Of a stretch of 12,337 nucleotides of DNA, positions 7,512 to 12,337 are shown one piece after another (the first letter of the stretch is position 1; every line of letters begins with the position of its first letter). The notes below the pieces were generated by a model. That model was not told the origin of the DNA. It did no database searches and saw only the letters and a program-made list of their open reading frames with translations. Source of the stretch: Acidobacteriota bacterium (GTDB taxonomy: Bacteria; Acidobacteriota; UBA6911; JACQSX01); assembly GCA_036507075.1 (NCBI GenBank), contig DASXQR010000144.1, positions 1 through 12,337 on the forward strand, written 5' to 3'. A program made the position numbers and the translations under genes.

Positions 7512-8437
7512 CTCAGGATTCCCCTGAAATACTCGATCGTCTTCCTCAGCCCTTCCTCCAGCGGCATCCGTGGCTCCCAGCGCAGTTCCCGACGGGCCAG
7601 AGAGATATCAGGCCGCCGCCGGGCGGGATCGTCGGGTGGAAGCGCCAGATGACGGATCCTTGATTTTGAGGCGGTGAGCTTTAGGACCAGATGGGCCAGC
7701 TCACGAATGGTAAATTCGTCGGGATTTCCCAGATTCACAGGTCCTATCAATGTGTTCTGATCCATCAGCGCGACCAGCCCGGCAACCAGATCGTCGACGT
7801 AGCAGAAGGATCGCGTCTGATCCCCTTCTCCGTAGAGCGTCAAATCTTCACCTTTCAGCGCCTGCACCACGAAATTGCTTATCACCCGACCGTCTTCCAC
7901 AGACATGTTAGGACCGTAGGTGTTAAAAATCCGGGCTATTCTGATGTCGACCTTATTCTGCCGGTGATAATCCATCATCAAGGTTTCAGCCAGGCGCTTC
8001 CCTTCGTCGTAACAACTGCGCACTCCGACGGGATTGACGTTGCCCCAGTAGCTTTCCTTCTGGGGATGCTCACTTGGATCGCCATAAACCTCCGACGTCG
8101 ACGCCTGCAGAATTCGAGCCTTTGTTCTCTTCGCCAGGCCGAGCATGTTAATCGTGCCCATCACGCTGGTCTTCACCGTCTTTACCGGATTGTACTGGTA
8201 ATGAATGGGCGACGCCGGGCAGGCAAGGTTATAGATCTGCTCCACTTCCAGCAGAATCGGTTCGATGATGTCGTGACGAATCAACTCGAACCGGGGAGTG
8301 CCCAGGAATTGCTCCACATTGCGCTTCGAACCCGAGAAGAAATTGTCCAGGCACAGGACGTCATCTCCGCGAGCCAGCAGCTTGCCGCAAAGATGACTGC
8401 CCAGAAAGCCGGCACCGCCGGTCACCAGAATTCGCAT
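7475..8437 (-). CDS. UDP-glucuronate decarboxylase (UDP-xylose synthase) family extended SDR
   Basis: [72 protein letters not shown] and [10 protein letters not shown]. Start reassigned to ATG 8437 because the 22 upstream codons come from a hairpin repeat. Confidence 0.93.
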   Translation of the reverse strand: MRILVTGGAGFLGSHLCGKLLARGDDVLCLDNFFSGSKRNVEQFLGTPRFELIRHDIIEPILLEVEQIYNLACPASPIHYQYNPVKTVKTSVMGTINMLGLAKRTKARILQASTSEVYGDPSEHPQKESYWGNVNPVGVRSCYDEGKRLAETLMMDYHRQNKVDIRIARIFNTYGPNMSVEDGRVISNFVVQALKGEDLTLYGEGDQTRSFCYVDDLVAGLVALMDQNTLIGPVNLGNPDEFTIRELAHLVLKLTASKSRIRHLALPPDDPARRRPDISLARRELRWEPRMPLEEGLRKTIEYFRGILSKNINRKEPQER

Positions 8438-8445
8438 AAGTATAT

Positions 8446-8506
8446 TTTGTGTCCTCCGTGTCTTTGTGGTGAGGAAAAACGACCACAAAGGCACAAAGGG
8501 CACAAA
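8446..8506. repeat. 25-bp-stem hairpin of 8/9-mer units (GCACAAAG[G]) between galE and the decarboxylase gene
   Basis: TTTGTGTCCTCCGTGTCTTTGTGGT (8446-8470) pairs with ACCACAAAGGCACAAAGGGCACAAA (8482-8506) around an 11-nt loop. Confidence 0.85.
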
Positions 8507-8512
8507 GGGAAG

Positions 8513-9484
8513 TCAGTACCTTGGATTTTGAAACCACTTCCACGCTGTTTTGATCACGGTTTCAATGTCGGAATGCCTGGCCGTCCAGCCAAGCTCGCGA
8601 CATGCCAGCTCCGCGTTCGCAACCAGCACGGCGGGATCGCCTGGGCGCCGGGGCCCAATGTTGTATTTCACTCTTCTGCCCGTGATCTTTTGGGCCGCCG
8701 TTATCACTTCGTGAACGCTTAGGCCGTGTCCAACGCCAAGATTGTAAGCCGCGGTTTCCCCTCCGCTGAGAAGCTTTTCGAACGCGGCGATGTGAGCCTC
8801 TGCCAGATCTTCCACATGGACATAATCCCGAACGCACGTGCCGTCGGGAGTTTCGTAATCATTTCCGAACACGGTCAATTCAAAGTTGTCGCCGGACGCT
8901 CTGAGCACCAGCGGTATCAGATGCGTTTCCGGATCATGTGACTCGCCCAGCTTTCCGTCAAGCGAGGCGCCGCAAGCGTTGAAGTAGCGCAAAAAAACGG
9001 ATTTCATCCCGTAGGCCTGATCGTAGGCGGCCAGTATCCTCTCCAGCATCCGCTTGCTCTCTCCATAAGGGTTGATCGGCTGCTGGGGATGCTTCTCCGT
9101 GATCGGCACAAAATGCGGATTTCCGTAGGTCGCACAGGTGCTGGAGAGCACAAAGCGCAGGACACCGTGGCGCAACATGGCGGCAAACAGCTTCATGCCG
9201 TTGCCCACATTGTCTTCGAAGTATTTTTGCGGGTTTATTACAGATTCGCCCACATAGCAGTGGGACGCGAAATGCATCACCCCGTCAAAGCGCCCGCAGG
9301 CGAAGACGTCATCGAGAGCCTTTTCGTCGGCCAGGTCCATCACCACCAGATCGGCCGGCGCAGCCTGTCGATGACCGGCGGACAGGTTGTCGACAACCGT
9401 GACTGTATGTTGGTGCTCCCGCAATCTGGCCGAGCAGACACTTCCAATGTATCCGGCGCCCCCGGTCACCAGAATCCGTGCCAT
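8513..9484 (-). CDS. galE: UDP-glucose 4-epimerase
   Basis: [22 protein letters not shown], catalytic YGESK (YxxxK), LRYFNACGA, GESHDPETHLIP, TPDGTCVRDYVHVEDLA and RRPGDP. Confidence 0.95.
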   Translation of the reverse strand: MARILVTGGAGYIGSVCSARLREHQHTVTVVDNLSAGHRQAAPADLVVMDLADEKALDDVFACGRFDGVMHFASHCYVGESVINPQKYFEDNVGNGMKLFAAMLRHGVLRFVLSSTCATYGNPHFVPITEKHPQQPINPYGESKRMLERILAAYDQAYGMKSVFLRYFNACGASLDGKLGESHDPETHLIPLVLRASGDNFELTVFGNDYETPDGTCVRDYVHVEDLAEAHIAAFEKLLSGGETAAYNLGVGHGLSVHEVITAAQKITGRRVKYNIGPRRPGDPAVLVANAELACRELGWTARHSDIETVIKTAWKWFQNPRY

Positions 9485-9488
9485 GGAC

Positions 9489-9866
9489 CTACAATGTTCC
9501 TACCAGACTGCTGGCCTTAGCTTCAAACTTGAATGTGTAATGGTAGCCGGGAAAGTCGACCGGCACGGTATACTTCGTGTCTATTTTTACTTCCCCGCCC
9601 AGGACTCTGGATCGCGTAATCGTGATATCGCTCTCGCCCATCTGGAAATTTCGGAAGCGCGCCATCAGCAGGATGTCCTGCTTGACCTTTTCATCGGTCC
9701 AGAAATTCGCTCCCGCCTTGCTGGCTTCCCGCCCAAGATCTTCTTCGAAATTCATCTTGTCGATGTATACGGGAATGATTTTGAACCCAACGTAGCCGAG
9801 GGCAACAGCGAGCAAAATGACGAAGAGACATCCGATCCGTCCTTCACCTTTCTGGCTGGAAATCAT
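9489..9866 (-). CDS. Small single-TM exported protein, DUF4845-like / pilin-like N-terminus
   Basis: 125 aa with QKGEG followed by a hydrophobic helix ending FKIIPVYID. GGAGG RBS lies 6 nt before the ATG. It sits downstream of lepA, as DUF4845 genes do in many bacteria. Confidence 0.65.
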   Translation of the reverse strand: MISSQKGEGRIGCLFVILLAVALGYVGFKIIPVYIDKMNFEEDLGREASKAGANFWTDEKVKQDILLMARFRNFQMGESDITITRSRVLGGEVKIDTKYTVPVDFPGYHYTFKFEAKASSLVGTL

Positions 9867-9907
9867 TATCGTCCTCCAAAGTGAACCCCATGGATTGCCG
9901 GACGTGC

Positions 9908-11704
9908 CTACTCAACCTTCAATACCGCCAGAAAAGCTTCCTGCGGGATTTCCACGCGGCCTACCATCTTCATCCGCTTCTTTCCCTCTTTCTGCTTCTC
10001 CAGCAGCTTCCGTTTGCGCGTTATATCACCGCCATAGCATTTGGCGATCACATTTTTTTTCAACGGTTTAACGGTCTGACGCGCAATAACCTTGTTACCG
10101 ATCGCGGCCTGTATGGCAACCTCGAACAACTGCCTGGGGATCAGTTCCTTCATTTTATCAACCAGCGCCCTTCCTTTATGGTAAGCATTATCACGATGCA
10201 CGATTAATGACAGGGCGTCCACCGGCTCCCCGTTTACCAGGATGTCGAGCCGGACCAGGTCTGCATCCTGATAGGCCGAAAAATGATAATCCAGCGAAGC
10301 GTAACCACGCGATACGCTTTTGAGCTTGTCGTAGAAATCCAGGACGATCTCATTTAACGGCACCTCGTATGTTACCAGCACCCTGCCGGTCGCCACGTAC
10401 TCGAATCCCTTTTGCACGCCGCGGCGCTCCTCGCACAGCTTCAGGATCCCCCCCACGTATTCGTCGGGCGTTATGATCATTGCGGTAATCATCGGTTCTT
10501 CAAACTTCTCGATCATGTGGGATTCAGGCAGTTTTGCGGGGCTGTCGATTTCCAGCACTTCTCCGGCCGTGCTGGTGATGCGGTAGCGCACACCTGGAGC
10601 GGTGGTCACCAGTTCGAGGTCGAATTCGCGCTCCAGCCGCGCCTGAATGATCTCCATGTGAAGCAGGCCCAGAAAACCGCAGCGAAAGCCAAATCCGAGC
10701 GCTGTGGAAGTTTCCGGCTCATAGAAGAAAGATGAGTCGTTCAGCCGCAGTTTCTCAAGCGCGTCGCGCAAGTCTTCGTATTTTGCGGAATCGATCGGGT
10801 ACAAACCGGAGAAAACCATCGGCTTGATTTCCTGAAACCCGGGAAATGGAGAATCAGTAGGTTTAACGGCGGCGGTGATGGTGTCGCCGATTTTCGTGTC
10901 CGACACCTGCTTGATATTGGCAATCACAAATCCCACTTCCCCGACGGACAACTTTTCGATCGGCTCAAACTTGGGCGTCAATACGCCCACCTGCTCCACT
11001 TCGTACACTTTCTGGTTGTGCATCAGTTGAATCTTCATCTTCGGTGCAATGGTGCCGTCAAATACCCGGACCAACACGATCACGCCTCGATAAACGTCAA
11101 ACCAGGAATCAAAGATCAAAGCCTTAAGGGGTTTTTCGTAATCGCCCGCCGGCGGCGGGATTCTCTTCACCACCGCTTCCAGAATCTCGCGCACTCCCAG
11201 GCCGGCTTTTGCCGATGCCAGCAGGCAGTCGTCGCCACTCAGGCCAATAATATTTTCTATCTGGTCCTTGATCCGATCCGGTTCAGCGCTTGGCAGATCG
11301 ATTTTGTTCAGCACCGGGATGATTTCGAGATTGTGATCCAGGGCGAGATACGTGTTTGCCAAAGTCTGTGCTTCCACCCCCTGTGATGCATCCACCACGA
11401 GCAATGCTCCTTCACAGGCTGACAAACTGCGCGACACTTCGTAAGAAAAGTCCACATGGCCCGGTGTATCGATCAGGTTAAGGACGTAGGTTTCGCCGTC
11501 GTCCGCCTTGTAATTCAACCGGACGGCGTGGGCCTTGATGGTAATGCCGCGCTCACGCTCCAGATCCATATCATCCAGCACTTGATCGGACATTTCCCGG
11601 GAGCTGAGCGCTCCGGTGATCTCCAGGATCCGATCGGCAAGGGTCGACTTTCCATGATCGATGTGAGCGATGATTGAAAAATTACGGATGAACCTGGAAT
11701 TCAT
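9908..11704 (-). CDS. lepA: Translation elongation factor 4 (LepA)
   Basis: [69 protein letters not shown] and [25 protein letters not shown]. Confidence 0.99.
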   Translation of the reverse strand: MNSRFIRNFSIIAHIDHGKSTLADRILEITGALSSREMSDQVLDDMDLERERGITIKAHAVRLNYKADDGETYVLNLIDTPGHVDFSYEVSRSLSACEGALLVVDASQGVEAQTLANTYLALDHNLEIIPVLNKIDLPSAEPDRIKDQIENIIGLSGDDCLLASAKAGLGVREILEAVVKRIPPPAGDYEKPLKALIFDSWFDVYRGVIVLVRVFDGTIAPKMKIQLMHNQKVYEVEQVGVLTPKFEPIEKLSVGEVGFVIANIKQVSDTKIGDTITAAVKPTDSPFPGFQEIKPMVFSGLYPIDSAKYEDLRDALEKLRLNDSSFFYEPETSTALGFGFRCGFLGLLHMEIIQARLEREFDLELVTTAPGVRYRITSTAGEVLEIDSPAKLPESHMIEKFEEPMITAMIITPDEYVGGILKLCEERRGVQKGFEYVATGRVLVTYEVPLNEIVLDFYDKLKSVSRGYASLDYHFSAYQDADLVRLDILVNGEPVDALSLIVHRDNAYHKGRALVDKMKELIPRQLFEVAIQAAIGNKVIARQTVKPLKKNVIAKCYGGDITRKRKLLEKQKEGKKRMKMVGRVEIPQEAFLAVLKVE

Positions 11705-11809
11705 TACCTCTGCCTAAAGCGTTCAATAGTAATGGATTTTCTGGAGTTTAACCACCTGGAGTGATTCGCAGCAGTGATCTGGGTTGGCTGCCATCGGGAA
11801 AAAGACTCA

Positions 11810-11951
11810 ACCACGGAGGCACAGCGGACACAGGATTGTCCGTTGTCAGTTGCCCGTTGTCAGTTGTCACTCCTGACGACCGGTTTGCAAGAACGACTGA
11901 CAAAGGACCACAGGCAACGGACGATTCCGTGTCCGCTGTGTAACCTGTTGG
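11810..11951. repeat. Nested fold-back element: heptamer arrays inside 8/9-mer arms
   Basis: Outer CACAGCGGACAC (11820-11831) pairs perfectly with GTGTCCGCTGTG (11929-11940). The inner TTGTCCG/TTGTCAG array at 11835-11867 pairs with 11893-11925. Confidence 0.85.
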
Positions 11952-12077
11952 CAACTTCTTGTTTTTTTGACAAGATTTTTCAGAAACGATAAAAGCCGAT
12001 TACGTCAACGTGACGCCTGTCCAAATTAGTTCTTGGGATTGCGAGAAGGCGATTAGTTAAATAGCCGTGGATTACCA

Positions 12078-12337
12078 GCCCGCCGCCTTTTGGCGGGCGC
12101 CAGCCTGTAGCCCACGGCGCAGCGAAGCGCAGCCGTGGGAATTGCGGCTCTCTCATAAGATAAAGCCCGCCCGCTTTTTCAGGCGGGCGACAGCCCCCGC
12201 ACCGACAATTCGTTTAATCCTTGTCCGCTCTCTTTTCTCCAAAGAATCGACTGCTGTCGCCCGCCCTAAAAAAAACGGCGGGCTTTATCGAGTAGAATGT
12301 TCCTGTTCCCACGGCTCCGCTTCGCTGCGCCGTGGGC
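12078..12337. mobile_element. Multi-hairpin inverted-repeat element (REPIN/MITE-like, GTAG-associated), truncated by the window end
   Basis: 12110-12141 matches the reverse complement of 12306-12337 at 31/32 nt, with GTAG at 12107-12110. A second IR pair is 12159-12194/12253-12289. GCCCGCC-loop-GGCGGGC hairpins occur three times (about 12078, 12165, 12259). Confidence 0.75.

Noticed and set aside
8438..8503. 22-aa N-terminal extension of the UDP-glucuronate decarboxylase
   Set aside because: It derives from the hairpin repeat. The Rossmann motif [10 protein letters not shown] starts at ATG 8437.
7691..8722. 343-aa + strand ORF
   Set aside because: Antisense shadow of the decarboxylase and galE genes; no recognisable domain.
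11748..11992. Three short overlapping ORFs upstream of lepA
   Set aside because: Peptides such as TTDNGQLTTDN and LSVVSCPLSVV are translations of the heptamer array.
11967..11995. + strand promoter TTGACA-N17-TAAAAG
   Set aside because: The -35 is perfect but the -10 lacks the conserved final T, and no downstream gene is visible in the window.

Overview
Bacterial chromosomal region, GC-rich and possibly Acidobacteriota-like (lineage is inference only). Two minus-strand operons are present: lepA - DUF4845-like - galE - UDP-glucuronate decarboxylase, and a reduced complex I operon nuoA-C-D-H-J-K-L(partial). A plus-strand GT-C-type membrane glycosyltransferase lies between them. The nuo operon lacks every Fe-S/flavin subunit at its usual position (no nuoB, E, F, G, I). 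The most unusual feature is non-coding. Seven structured inserts occupy most of the larger intergenic gaps: fold-back elements built from inverted arrays of 7-nt or 8/9-nt units (two of them nested) and two GTAG-type REP/REPIN-like elements. At several operon-internal junctions the hairpin base sits almost exactly between the upstream stop and the downstream AUG. This suggests inserts that fold out of the mRNA and preserve translational coupling (hypothesis).
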